From NCBI GenBank assembly GCA_963924565.1, contig OZ004610.1, forward strand, positions 5,952,001 to 6,016,000: a stretch of 64,000 bases of DNA. Direction: 5' to 3'. The stretch is from Ascidiella aspersa. Lineage: Eukaryota. The translations under genes were made by a program, and so were the position numbers. The notes below the pieces were generated by a model. It saw nothing but the letters and a program-made list of their open reading frames with translations. It was not told the DNA's origin and did not search any database. Each line of letters begins with the position of its first letter. Position 1 is the first letter of the stretch. This document shows, piece by piece, positions 24,663-38,400 of the stretch.

Positions 24663-25023
24663 CAGGGGTGGTCAATTGTTTTCTAAATCGGGATGCATGA
24701 GAAACAGAAAATGTCTTGGCGGGCCGTGGTAAAAGTGGGATCTCGAATACACATATTGCAACTTGTCATGCCTTTTAAAATAACCGTTTAATATCCCTGT
24801 TTTGCTGGTAAGAGTAGGATTATACAAGCTGGTAAGATTAGGATTATAGGTGAGGATGCCTTACAATAGTAGGCTAATGTATTCATTAAAATATTCTGAA
24901 ATAAAGGAAAAAAATCTTAAGGCTTACTTGTGCCTAAAACGTTATATTATAAATGACCTGCGGGCCGGATTATATTTCTTGGGTGCCGGATCCGGCCCGT
25001 GGGTTGTAGTTTGCCCAGGTATG
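24663..25023. mobile_element. hAT (Charlie-like) MITE
   Basis: CAGGGGTGGTCAA start; GCGGGCCGGAT...CCGGCCCG...GTTTGCCCAGG end; degenerate TSD ACCTAACA / GCCTAGCA. Confidence 0.55.
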
Positions 25024-26406
25024 GCCTAGCAGTAAATGCAAGGACAGCACATTAGTAGACTAATGTCATTTTATACATTTTACCGGATAAAAATAATGTT
25101 ATCTCCTACAAAACTACCAAAGTAAAAAGTATCCTCAGGTCCACTACTCACGGATCTGTAATGTAGCTCGATAATAACTTGTATCAGCACCAGCCACCAT
25201 AATGTGATTAAATATAATCCTACCTCACTTAAAGTGTAACGCATTCCTGAATTAGTGCGTATCAAAACATCTTCAATACCATGTCGATTAACTCGACCAT
25301 TTGAGCTTTGAAATTCATTAAAAATTCTCCTGAAATGTTATTCGTGGCTATGTCTGGTGTCCGCTCATATATTTTCTGTTGTTTCACGTTTCAGTTTTGC
25401 TCTTTGTACAAGCGATAGTTTCATCACAGGGTGTCTGCGTTTTTGCCGGACGTACAGATACGCGTTAGTTATACTTCGGCAGGATAAAAGTGTTTCACTC
25501 TGCAAAAGCAGACCAACTTTATTTTATTGTGGCATATTGGATGTTAAACGGGCCGTTGGATGTCAACGGCTTAAACTTTAAAAAGTGCTTGACTTTGTAA
25601 ACGGCTGCATTAACTTTGCGCAGTACGCTGAACTTAAGTAATGATTAAAATTTTTAATCGAGTAAAGAAGTTGTTCAACGAATCCGCGACGGGCGTGTGC
25701 GTTTATTACAGGCAAGTATGCTACCGCACACTAATGGATTGGGTAGGCCCTATAACTGATTCATGAGTATTGGTATCGTGATCAGGTTTGAGTTAATCAG
25801 ATTAGTTTGCTTTCTGTTAAACAACATTTACTCGCATGGTAAAATAAGCATACCAGCATAGTAAGAAAAAAGCGTTATCAAAGCAAACTGTTGGGCTTTA
25901 TTGTACAACATTATAGCAACACCGGTAGATGATTGACCAATATAACTTATGCGCTGCGCAGAGCAAACAAAATTCGCTTGTGTTTAACATTTTTTATGTC
26001 AACGTCAATAAAGCTGTAGCTAGTATACCAGTATAGGATTTGTGTCAAAATTTAAAATATGTATAGTCCAAAGGTATGTATGGCTTTGCTTGCTCACGGT
26101 GGAATGCTTTCACCAACTGAACTTGCTTTCTTTGACTGCACAAGAATATGCTATAGTCCGTAATAAAGTTGCTACAAATGCTTTAAATTAGGTTTTTAGA
26201 AGCCATACGTCAGGGAAATAAGTGTTTATGAGTAATGTTTTTGCGTTGCACAGGGGAAAATTAATACCAGGTCTTTCCTAGATTAAAGAATTGATTTGGT
26301 AAGGGATTAACTTAACAAACGACTCTTTGAGGGACTGTTTAACACTGCTTGGATATACACTATCCCTCTATTCGCCACCAGAGAAAGCCTGTTTCTTTTA
26401 TCGAAC

Positions 26407-27638
26407 ATGTTGTTTAATATGAATGGCTGGAATTATGTTGCTCTATTCGCCGGACTTTTCGTCTGGTGGAAAATCAGGCAAAGAAAGCGCGTTAAAGGAA
26501 TAAGTGGCAGACATGTGTTCGTCACAGGCAAGTTATGTTTACATGTGGTAAAATGTGATATACATATGTTGTATATATATATATGAATTTATACATTTAT
26601 ACGATGATTATTTGGAAAATCCTTATACTGTAGTGCTTAACCATTTACTACCGTTCTGCAGGTTGTGACACCGGATTTGGAAGAAATCTGGCTGAGAGTC
26701 TTGACAAAATGGTGAGAACCTGACAACGCATTCCACTTTATATGTATTTATAGTTCACCCGTGCTTAAATCAAACGTAAATTACGGCTTCGCTGGATCGT
26801 ATACGCAATTATATTCGTGTATATTATGTTAAAGCTGTATGTATGCACATATCTGTCTGAGAAAGTATGAAGTGACGTAAATAGTGTCAGTAAAACTGAC
26901 TAGCCTAATTGTTCTTTAAAATCGCTCCATAAGTTTATCAATTGGTTTACACCCGGGTGCTTTTTGTGTGTATAAGAAATATTTTTGGTTCTTTAAAGCA
27001 AGGGTATTGAATAAATGTTGCCATGACAAAATGATCGTCCCCCATAGGGTAAGATTTTAAACGGTCGTTGTTGTAAATAATTTTTTCTATGTGTCGCCGA
27101 CTGATCGGGACAAGGTCCCTAAAGTAGCTGCAAAGTGCAAACGATAACGATTGACTTTACGGTTCCGAGCAAGACCTTTATTTGAACAGTACGACAATCA
27201 GTGTAAGTCAAACACACATGCCAAAGTGCTCGCATTAGGCCACAGCTTGTCTCTAACAAGAAGATTACAAACTGTCTTAAAATGCGTGTGATTCTCCTGG
27301 TATTCACCCGACAATTAAAGACAAAGTTACCACACAATACAAAACCATTAAAATCGCACACAAAGGTATCACACAGCGCTGAGAAAGCCGAGGCTGCAAA
27401 AGCCACACAAGTCTTATCCTCACGGAAACCGAGTACGCGGTTAACCGATCGGAACGGCTATTTCCGCGGACAAACGCTCTAGTTCGGCACAAAAGGGCTA
27501 GAATGATAATTGAATTTGAGACACTCTGTGTATTTTTTCATGCCAATCTTTGTCAAAATGAATTATGTTTCACTATGTAGGCGATCTATACTTTCTTGTT
27601 TATTTAAAAAAAAACTCTTTTGTTTTTTACTGATTTTT

Positions 27639-27686
<48 letters not shown>

Positions 27687-30600
27687 TTCGGCAATGTAAT
27701 AAAAACATGCAAATAATTTAAAGAAATACCGGTATACCCCCCAAAAAAAATCGCTCGCTTCGATCGCCAGGTGCGCCTTGACTTAAAAAGGGTTAACAAA
27801 CACTGAGCTATAAATTTAAATGTTATCGCGTTCTCTCAAAGTAGTTTTATTATACTTTTCATTAGTAGTATGGATGACGAACGTGTGAAGTCAAATTTCA
27901 AACCAAACAAACGTTTTATTTTCACGCTTTGCGTTGACACTTTACTGCCTCTGTAAATTAAATTAAACACGTTTGCAAAAAATATCCGAGCTCATTCGAA
28001 ATTATTATCATTTTGTGCGGCCCGCAAGACCTTTCTGAGTTTGGTTTTGGCCCGCGACTAAAAAAAGGTTGCCGACCCCTGTTTTAGACTTTGTAAATCA
28101 TGTTGAGGAACACTACATCTCATATGTTTTTATTACATAATACTCTGTATACGCTTTTACTTTTGTAAAAGGGGTTCTTAAACTGGGGAACTTCGCGCAT
28201 AGGCTAGCTTTTGGTGGTGCACAAAGGTCAAACTAAAACATTTGTGTAAAATTTGAATTGTTGAATGAATTTTTTGGAGAAAGGCAATTAGCATAAAACA
28301 CCATCAGCAATTTCTCCTTGGATGTATTTCGAATGGATTTATGTTTTATCTTTGCGCAAGAGTTCGCTCTAAAACAGCTAGTTTAAGTCTACTTTTTTTG
28401 TGACGTCCTCTCCGAACAATTTCCCGCCTACCCTGGCCCAAGCAAACCAAATTTTTTAGCGCTCTGCTGTAAATAATGCTTAAGATTCCTGCTTTACCAG
28501 GGTGTCTTCGTATATGCGGGATGCTTAAAGAAAGAATCTGTGGAAGAGCTGGAAAGAAATTGCAGCACCAAGTTAAAAGCAATTCAGGTTGACATCACCA
28601 AAACGGAAGATGTAATCAGAGCGGTCGCCATCGTTCAAAAGGACCTTGCCGAGAAATCTGATACTGGTATAATTCAATAAGAAAATTAAAGATTGATTGG
28701 ATAAATAAAATTACGTGAAAGCCTTTTTACCACGCCGCTTTGCTATAGATTGTTTAAATATCCTTAGTGGACAGTGGCTTTGCTATTTGCAATATAGCTC
28801 GATTATAGTTTCAAGAGGCGATAGCGCTATTTATAATATAGCGCCAATTACCAAGTTAATATTTGCCTGCTACCCAATTCTTAACCGCACCTGATTCTCC
28901 TTCTGGATGTTTCTTTATAAACTGTTTGCTAACGTCGTTAGTATTTTAGTTTTACGGGTCGCTCAAAAAAAAACATTTTAGACTATAATTTTCTGCAAGT
29001 GTTCCGATCACTTCCGTTTTTTGCAAAGGTGACCGTCACCTCCGGAATTTTTTGCAAAAGTGTTCCGATCACTTCAATTCATATATAACTTAATTATAAC
29101 ATTAATCATACGATAAGTAGCATTACTGCTATCATTGTCAAACATAAAACTGCACAACCACACGGTCTGATGCGTTATTTATTTACAAAATAATTATGCA
29201 TTGTTTCACAGAAAAATGCTTACATTTACAAGTGGAAACCTGCATTTTTAAACTTCGTTAAAATAAACGAGCAATTGAATTTCGTTTAATTCTACTTTTC
29301 GTTAAAATGCTTTATCATTCAGTAGTGCAGTAGTGATATTATGGACGTTCTTTCATTTAGAGCTGTGGGCTATCGTCAACAACGCCGGCATTACCGCTCC
29401 TCTTTATGCGTTCGAATGGCACAATAAGCAAGATTACCGGCAAGTGTTTGAAGTCAACCTGTTCGGGACTGTTGACGTCACTCTTAAGTTTTTACCCCTT
29501 CTAAAGAAAGGCGGCGAAGGTGATTAAGCAATACGATTTTTATTAAACATCTATACAATTCTCGATACGATTCGTCATTAAACTTCTATACGATTCTCCA
29601 TACGATTCTTGATTAAACTTACCCCTTTATTTCGACTTTTGAAAATTTGCAGTCGTTGTTTGTATTGACAGGTCGAATCGTGAACGTTGGAAGCATAACT
29701 GGAAGATTCGCTGCACTCGGTGTTCCGTACATTGCATCCAAATTTGCAGTCGAAGGATTTTCCGACGGCCTGATGTACGATAAGAAACAAGAACTGCCAT
29801 TAGACACGAACCCGCGTAAAATATAGTAGCCAAAACATTACACCTGGAACAAGTTTGACCAATGCTTTTTAGCATATAAAACGCACAAGACGCAACGTTT
29901 TACAATATATGTGCTTGTTGACTGTCGAACAAGCACAAATGTTCGACGTTTACTTTGAGTATATCCAAAATAACCACAAATGGTAAAAAAGATCTAAAAC
30001 AACTTCATTAAAAGACCGAATACTGTAGTTACGCCCAAAAACGGTATCGTCAGTTATGCGAAAATTTACAAACACAAACAAAAAACAAAAAAGCTTTACA
30101 TATTAAAATACAAATATTCAAAACCAAAATGTTTCTACATTTAGCTTTTTTGTATGTTTTGGTGTTTGCAGTTTTTAGCAGACTTTATGATGCGGTTTTT
30201 GGCGGAACTGCAGTGTTCTTTCATTGAATAAAGTTGTTTTAGATCTTTTTCGATCCTTTGGGTTCTATGACATGGATAAAAGATGGCAATGTTGGAAGAC
30301 CAATATTAGCGTTATTATTTCTTCACCTTTATTCTGAGTAGTTTGATTCAAATGATTACAGATTTAACCGCATCGACTCGTTATTCCGATTATTTCGTTC
30401 AAGCAAAACCGAACTTTGATTGAAGCTCATTAATGTTTTTTTGCTGTTTAAGGTTCGAACTCCGTCCGTTCAACATCTCTACTCACGTGATCGAGCCATC
30501 ATTCTTTAGAACAGGTTTAACAAACGTGACGCAACAAATCGAAGGCATTAAGAAGCGCTTTAAGGAACAAAGTGACGAAATTAAGAAAAGCTACGGAGAG

Positions 30601-32016
30601 AGCTACTTGACGGCCAGTAAGGTGTAATGATAAACACACGGACGACCAATAATGTGTGCCCGAGATTTTGGCTTTGTTTGGAGTGAAGTTAGGTCAAGTG
30701 TAAATTTTTTTATTGCAAACTAAAACGGTGCTTATAATCCAATAAAATATTGCTGTGAAACTGTAAAAAACGCGATAAAACCGTAAGAAAGGCAACTATT
30801 TATTTGTAAAGCATTTTTAAAATAAAAATCGAAATATACAATTTAGATATTATTTTGTAAGTTTTAAAATAGATCCCTTCTTCAAATATTAACAGTTATA
30901 CACTTTTTTCTAAGGCAATGTGATCTGAAATTATTCTAATGGCTATAAATATTGTTTTTATTAGTATTTTTGAGTTTGCTTGTTGCGGCTAGATTTCCGT
31001 TATTTTCCAAAAGCATTCCGCTTTGTTTTATTGAAGTTACTTTCAAGTCATAAATGACGTTAAAACTTAAAAAAAGCATTTTTTTAGAGTAATTTTTTTG
31101 GCTACAACTACTGCTTAAAACGTACAGCAAGATATATATTAAGTTGTTTTGGTATAACAATTAAAATATAAATATTTTTTACCATTTTTTTTTAAATATA
31201 AATCGCATTATGTGTAAGTTGTAACCCATTATTCGTATATATGAATGACGTAAAACTATAGAAGTCATTTGGTCCGCCAAACGTTGGTAAAATCAAATAA
31301 TTTAAAAATATTAAACTATTAGAACTATAAGTCAAAATGACTCTAGAAGCCCGCCAAGAAAAATGAGCAAGAAACCCTTTTAAAAGCACTGTATTTTTGG
31401 TAGAATGTCAAGGTATCGAAAAATCGATGGGTGAATTGGCTTCACCCGATCTCCAACAAGTGACGGACGCTATCGTCCATGCTTTATTTTCTGCTCAGCC
31501 TAATGATCGCTATGTAGTTGGAGTCGACGCGAGATTTATTCTTCGCCCACTTTCGTTCTTTCCCACGAGTTTTCAGGTTATTTGCATTGTTAAAATACGT
31601 TTTATAATCACTTAAATTACACTAACTATAACAAAAGGTTGAATAAAGATCAAAACACAAAGGGTATCCTTACACAGGTGTTAACAGATATGCATATTTG
31701 AAAATACGTAGCCTATACTATCTGGTAGCTAAAACTAAAGTTGTATACAAAGAATTTATGAACAAAAAAGCGTATATTGTGATACAACCAAATATGTACA
31801 CATGTAAGGAATAGCGTCCTGTACAAATTACAGTAATGTTTAACTAGAATAGTTAGCAGTCCATATGTGATACAAGCGATTAACTTACTTTATAATATAC
31901 GCAAAAAGACTCATTGTCAAATTACTTTTTTACAGGAATGGGGAATGCGCCAATTTCGCAAGTTAACGAAACTGCCAATGCCGCATCCAGAGCAAGCAGT
32001 GCGTTCTCCCAACTGA
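26407..32016 (+). CDS. SDR9C-family short-chain dehydrogenase (retinol dehydrogenase / 17beta-HSD6 / DHRS9-like), paralog 1, 8 exons, ~338 aa
   Basis: Exons 26407-26527 (GC donor), 26662-26711, 28501-28666, 29361-29519, 29672-29774, 30453-30616, 31404-31576, 31936-32016. Motifs: VTGCDTGFG, LWAIVNNAG, GRIVNVGS, YIASK (YxxxK), VIEPSFFRT, RYVVGVDA. Confidence 0.92.
27336..27483 (+). mobile_element. Short Helitron-like element (3' end)
   Basis: Ends CGG-CTATTT-CCG hairpin, ~12 nt, CTAG|T. Homologous to the inverted copy at 32798-32912. Confidence 0.55.
27641..27688. repeat. (TA)n microsatellite abutting a poly-T tract
   Basis: About 14 TA units followed by about 20 T. Confidence 0.95.
29960..30300. 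mobile_element. ORF-less fold-back derivative of the same Penelope pseudo-LTR family (two degenerate inverted arms)
   Basis: Minus arm carries CTGACGA...GTAA-CTACAG-TA-TTC (30018-30059). Plus arm carries a degenerate hammerhead (30177-30220), GAATAAAGTTGTTTTAGATC and a tail ATGGATAAAAGAT..GCAATGTTGGA resembling 21036-21068. Confidence 0.7.
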
Positions 32017-32797
32017 TTGAAAAAGTTCAAAGTCAAAATTGTTTCGAATATTTTCTCGTATTTTAAAATCAGATACATTTTTATAATTGTGGAATGACAT
32101 GTATTGGCCTTACTTATGGAAATATATTTAAACATTATTTGGTTATGTTTTAAGTTGGTGTTTTATAAAAAAATACACCTCTAATATTTTTTGTTGAATA
32201 TTATAGTTTTTTTGTGTTGGGATTTGCTCCCGAACTTCTGTTTGTTAAATAAAAAAGCATTTCTAAATTGGCCATCGAGCTTGAGTATGAAATTTAGGAC
32301 GTTTTAAACTGCATTTTGCGCTTTATTAAACAGCGAAGTGATAAAAGCCAATACTGTACTTCGCATGGAATCTAAGTCATCGGGTCGTATATTAAATCGG
32401 GCGCAACACATATTTGTTAAATTTCCTGTCCCCAAATGTTCACCACGGAAATATCGCGGGCTTTATGCATAGCAATTTTCAGTTCGTTGTTTTACGCATT
32501 CAAGAGTGCCCATTTGTAAAATATGACATACTTCATCTTTGATTATGGATTTTTTAATAACATTTGAAAACTCTAGTGAGCATTTTATACCAGCGAGTGA
32601 CGCACGCGATAACAATGTAAGACAGTTATCCCAAACTTTATACGCTACGGCATTCAAGTATGATTCGAAAGCTTTTAAAGTGTGTTTTGTTTATTTGAAC
32701 GGAATGATATGTGGTCTTGAGGCTATATAAAATACGAGAGGAAATACCAGGTTACACTTTTTTTCACCAAGTAAACTATTGTTGCCCTGTTTTGTCG

Positions 32798-32912
32798 ACT
32801 AGTGCGTTTGGCCGCGGGAATAACCGCTCGGATCGTCTTCCCTTTGTGTGAATTTTCCAGCCTTCGATTTCTCAGCGCTGCGTGATACCTTTGTGCGAGA
32901 TTTTGTTTGTAT
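32798..32912 (-). mobile_element. Short Helitron-like element (3' end), second copy
   Basis: Minus strand ends GCGG-TTATTC-CCGC hairpin, 11 nt, CTAG|T. Shares CACAAAGGTATCAC.CAGCGCTGAGAAA with about 27359-27386. Confidence 0.55.
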
Positions 32913-33754
32913 TGCGTTATATTGCGTCGCCATTAGTGGATGGATACCGAGTGGATCGAATGTATTTTGAGCAGAGCTTGCAATATAATAGTTTAGAGAA
33001 ATATATAATCTAATATTACACAATTTAAAGTTTTAATCATATATATTTTTTAAGACAAATAGATTTTGCAGATATTTAGCTAAGCGAGAGTAGCTAACGC
33101 CATAACTTACGCTAACCAAAAATAACGTTCAAAAGTATAATATTAAAACGTAATCGTGGCTTGGGATGACTGAACAATTCTCCACAATAGCCGACCAGTA
33201 AAACCTTAAGACAAAAAAAAAATGATCAGTGTAAATCGTCGACTTGCTTCAAAGCGGCAATTGAGCGACGGGCGTGGTATTCAACCAAATACGTAATCCT
33301 GGTCGAATTGTTTACAGAACCATTAAAAATGTCGGCAATCATGGTTATAGAGTTTTTACAAAATATTGGCGATTTAGTATTTTTGGTTTTGTTTAAGCGT
33401 TCTCTCAAATGGGTTGCAGTTTTAGAATTACTCCAGCCTAGGCCTAGCATTTGCTTTTCCACTAGTAGTTTTCATTGTTATAAATGCTAAAGATTCCTTT
33501 TTATTATTAATTTAAATCCCACTTAGCCTAATATTGCTAATTTATGCTGCAAACAAATATGCGCATCTTGCTCTAATGCTTTCTGTAAAAAAAACAAGCT
33601 GTTAATTTCAGCGTAATTTAAAGGAAAGAATACCAACAAAATTCTAGCCTATACCTGCAGCCATAAATGCGTGTAAAAAACGACTGAAACAAAAATTTCC
33701 AAGGATATAGAACTATAGAGATTTCGGATAATTTATGAAAGGGGTTGATAGCCG

Positions 33755-34970
33755 ATGTCGCATAATACGGTCGTTTATGTCTCATATACGGGCGCGGGCG
33801 GCTGTAGATCGCATATTATACGGACGGTGATGTCGCACATACGGGCGTTCGCACAATGTCGCATATACGGACGAATTTGTCTAACGAACATACTGTGTGG
33901 TGTAAGACGTCCGAATGGCGTTCGAACATATTTGAGTGGTAATCATAAAGCATTTGTGTTGCCTGATAGTTATGACGTCATTTTATGATTTCATCATGAC
34001 GTAATACTGTGTAGCAAATCTCCCCTATTTGGCTGACTAGCTATTGGCAGTAGTAGGTATCATACAGGGTTGCCATTGGCTCTTTTGACGCCAGATTCTT
34101 CAAATTTGGCTCTTTTTGAACATGGTTGGTGTCAAAAAATTCTGTTGGCTTTTTGTTTTTTTCTGGCTTTTTTGTACTAGTAAAAATTGCATAAACAGGT
34201 CTCATTTTTTGTTCTAAAATATTCGTTTTAAGATCTGCCCTACCTTGCCTGATTTTTAAAATCATAAATCGTTCTGAAAGGTCTCCACTCTCCAGGCCAC
34301 AGTGTTTCTTAATCAATGCCAGTCGGTCGCCGACGCCAACCCGTTGGATTTGGTTGGTTCGGGTTTAGATTTTGAAAAGAAATTACAAGCAATACAAACC
34401 ATATTGCTAATACTTTAAGCCTAAATTTGAATTGTTACGTAAAGTATTGGTCGCTTAAACAGTTCATAAATATTATATTTACACCCTAAAGATCGTAGAA
34501 TAACTTTTCCGAAAAAAAAAAACGAAAAAACATTTTGGTTGGTATGTTGTGAACATGTTATGATTGTCATGTTGCTATATCACACAAGGTTGAACCTTAA
34601 AGGTTATTTGTCATCATACAATTCAACTTATAGTATTATTTATAGCCTTTGATGTGTTTTAAATTTGTAGTATTAATGTTTGGCCTTTTCTGGCTTTTTT
34701 TCATTTGCGGTTTGGCTTTTTTTTCCAAAATTTAATCTGGCAACCCTGACCTCATATATACGGGCGTTCGCATATTGTCACATATGCGGGCGAATTTGTC
34801 TCACTAGTATACGAAAGAGGTCCATGGTTTCATAATGGAACTGGTACAAATGTTAGTGGACCAGTATATTGTATTATTTTGTGTTGTATGACAGTTATGA
34901 CGCCCTACCATGTCATCATCGTGACATCACACTAATCAAGTGGTGTAGTAAATTACCCATATTTGACCAT
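33755..34970. repeat. Region of GTCGCATATACGG-like motifs, with two degenerate direct copies separated by a MITE
   Basis: ATACGGGCGTTCGCA.A.TGTC.CATAT.CGG.CGAATTTGTCT at about 33839-33882 and 34757-34801, each followed by TTATGACG...TCATCA...TGTAG.AAAT..CCC.TATTTG. Confidence 0.7.
34065..34748. mobile_element. MITE with CAGGGTTGCCA terminal inverted repeats
   Basis: CAGGGTTGCCA at 34065 and TGGCAACCCTG ending at 34748; internal TGGCTTTTT repeats. Confidence 0.75.
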
Positions 34971-35487
34971 GCACAGTGAAGAGGCTGAATGTGGAAACCG
35001 ATATGATTGGTGTTTGAACTTTCAAAGCAATCGTATTGGAATCATAAACAGCTGCATAAAACCCCCGTTGTTTTTGCAGACAGAAACTGAGCGAAAATTG
35101 GAATATTTATTAACGTCATAATCTCTTACGCCTTTTTTTTAAAAACACCAATGCGAAAAGTCAAATAACGTCGTCCGGATTCCCGGGAATTTTTTTTTTT
35201 AATCTCGTTTCTCGGGAGTGAAAAATCCAGGAAAAAGAGGAACCCTAGTTAGGGTGCTGGTTAGGTGTTGGCTAGGTTAAGCAATAAATTTATAAAAATA
35301 ATATTTTACCCAACCCAAATAATATTAGAGCTATAGAAACCTCGGACGAAAGTGTGGTAGGATTCTAGACCAGCGCCGGAATACATTAACATTATAACTG
35401 AATTGTACATAAAAAATAATAACTTTGCAGGGACCTTATTGGTTTACCACAAATTTTGTGAAATATAACGAAAGGATCTTTGTCACA

Positions 35488-38400
35488 ATGGATGACATGG
35501 AACAATACTTATTAATATCATCATCTGATGTCAGTGAAGAATCTGAATCTTCATCAATAGTTTCAAATAGTTCCTCATCTAGTTCAACCAGCGAGTATAA
35601 CAAAAGGTTGTAATACCAGGTTAATGATACAAAGGGAAGTTGCTTAACAATAATATGCTATGTTTTCAGGTTGAACTTTGTTAGTGTGACCTTTGGCCTT
35701 GTTTGTTATCCTAAGCAAACACAATTTCTATCTAAAAACGTTATTATCCCCCCCAAGAGGAAATACATTTAAAATTGTTTTATAGAAGGCTTATGTAATA
35801 GTTACAAGATAAATATTTGTTGTTTATTAACCCTTTGTTTAGAATTACATTTACTCACACAGGTTTGAAATACCACAATTTTTTTGATTTTTTTAGTCTT
35901 TGGAATTAGTTACCCAGGAATTAATGGAGGCAGGCTTTAATAGGAATTCCACTACCAGTTATACTCTAAATTACATTAATGGAAATCTAATTAGAAATAC
36001 ATCCTGCTCAGTGCTTTATAACCTTAACCACCAGCTTTTCTATCTTAAAAACGATGGTTAAAAAACCCTGATAAAAATGTGCGCCTAAATGTTTTGAATC
36101 CCAGTGTACCTAAATTTGGGCAGAAATAAACAAATATTAACTTAATATTCCTTTTTTGTTTAAGTGTATTAAAGAAATGTGTATTTTACAGATTCTCAAA
36201 ACTTCTTACAGGTTTTGCTTTGATCTGCTCTTCTAATTTTAAAATATATTGTGTCCATTGATTAAAAAGAATATTACATATAATTTAGATACATGCTTTT
36301 TATTGCTATAGTAAATTTCCCATCTCATGGTAATTATTGCAAATGCCAAGAAAGTAAAATAATACTTTTTGAACTTACTTTTTTATTGATAATCTTTTAA
36401 AATTGAAAAGGCACTTTTATTGAATATCAATATGCTATCAGTAACTACCACATATGGAAAGAAAAAACCTTCTTTTATCAACTATACGAGAAACGTTTTA
36501 AAAGTTCTAGCAACTTAGTTTTGTTTCTCAGTTTTAATTGCCATTTGGTAGTGAAGTAATCATTTCAGCCTTAAAAACTTAAAATATAGTTGAGTAAAGA
36601 AAAAAGTTATAATGATATTTTCACATCAAAACAGAAAAAGGTTCTTTTCACATCAAAACAGAAAAAAGTTAATGAAGAAAAGAAAGCATCATGATTCCAC
36701 CAGTCGATCTATGGAAAGGTAGTTTTTATCGTTATAGAATATGTTGAACAAAACATTGTAATAGGTATTAATTAAGTTTAAACAAATTTCAATGTAAATT
36801 AAATATTTCAAATATATTGTTAAAATGAATAACAATACTTTTTTATTTTTAAAACTTAAAATTCATTTTTTTCAGAAAACTACTCAGAAACTAACTATGC
36901 TTATTTTAACAATGTTTTTCAGAAAAAAAATTAATGAAAAGATTGAATATGAAAGGTATAATACTTTGCTTTTTAAACAAGTTCTCCATTTATAGCTTGT
37001 ATTGTTTATTGACACTTTTTAGGCATTGCTGCCTAACAACAAATATGAGTTTATTTTTTAGCTAAATTATATTTCTTATGGTTTTTGTTCAGTGTAGTTT
37101 ATAAATTAAACCGTATTAATTCTCAATGGTTTCTAACAGGCACTGCCATTGCTGGGAATGTCAAAACAGGTAAAAAACATAGTATATTTATTTAAGAAAA
37201 TGTTTGGCTTTAATCTTAGTTATATTGCTTTTGGTTTAATGGTTTGTATTTTTTAAATTTAACTGATTTTATTATATTTTGTATTCCTTATTTTATGGTC
37301 ATATTTATCTTCAAGATGCTTTCAATGCTGCAAGTGCAAAAAACGGTAGGAAATTAATTAATTAAAATGTATATTTACTAAGGGTAATGATTAGAAAATT
37401 ACACATTATCAGTACTATTAAATTGAACTGTTGTTGAAAAATAAAAGAACATATGAAGCAGAAAGTGAAATGTATGAGACTAGTTTTAATTTTATTTGAA
37501 ATTTAGAATGCCTAATCCTAAATCTTGTATCAGTTTCTGAAATATTGTATCAGTATTAATGTTGTATCAGAACGAAATTATTTGGTTTATGTGAACTTTG
37601 CAATACTACATTTCTTTAAAGAAAATGTTTAATGCTGTGTATAGTAGCTTTCATGTTTTTTTTGTAGTTCATCAAGCGAGCATAAAATCACCAACAGACA
37701 AAAGAAGTAGGTGTTTATTTGTTTTAGCTTAACTTACTAGCACGTGTAAACATATCATTTTTTTGAAATGCAGAAATTGTTTTGGAGTTAATTATTATTT
37801 TTTTCATTTTTGAAGCGTAACATATAACAAAAACATTTAGTATTTACTGTCCGATAAATTTTACATTTAAGGGTTTATCGCTGTGCCCTTTTCTTGTAAA
37901 ATTTGTTCTTAAATAGTAAAAGAAAACTTTGTTGGGTGTCTAGTTCCAGACGTAATGTAAGGATTTGTCCTCTTCCGGAATGTGGAAAGTCTTTTGTGAA
38001 TGTCACCAACCACCGCCGTCACCACCCTGATGTTCCAAAGGAAGTATTTATGTATGATAACATGGCAAAGGAAAAAGGGTTGGGCAAGTACAGATCATAT
38101 CGTGGATACAAATGTTGCTATTGTGGAATTGTAGTAAAGTTTATAGTTGAACATTGTAAATTGAAACATGGCAAGGAAGCTGATGTTATCAATTGCAGAT
38201 TTTCTTATTTAAAGAAAAGGTGTAATTTGAAATCTAAAAAATTAAAACAAATGATTCAAAAGTGGCACAGAAGATTACAACCAGCAAAAGAAAAGCAGAA
38301 CTATTTTGTAAACGAAAAAAATAGGCGAAACCTTAAAAATCTACCAAAACCACACAGAGCGATAATCGAATACGAAGACAAATACGGTACTGACATCAGT

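Noticed and set aside
33755-33882. Short spaced repeats superficially like a CRISPR array
   Set aside because: Irregular spacing, degenerate units, eukaryotic context and no cas genes.
35240-35285. TTAGGG-like motifs (also about 8365, 51541, 53595)
   Set aside because: Short degenerate cores of a MITE family, not telomeric arrays.
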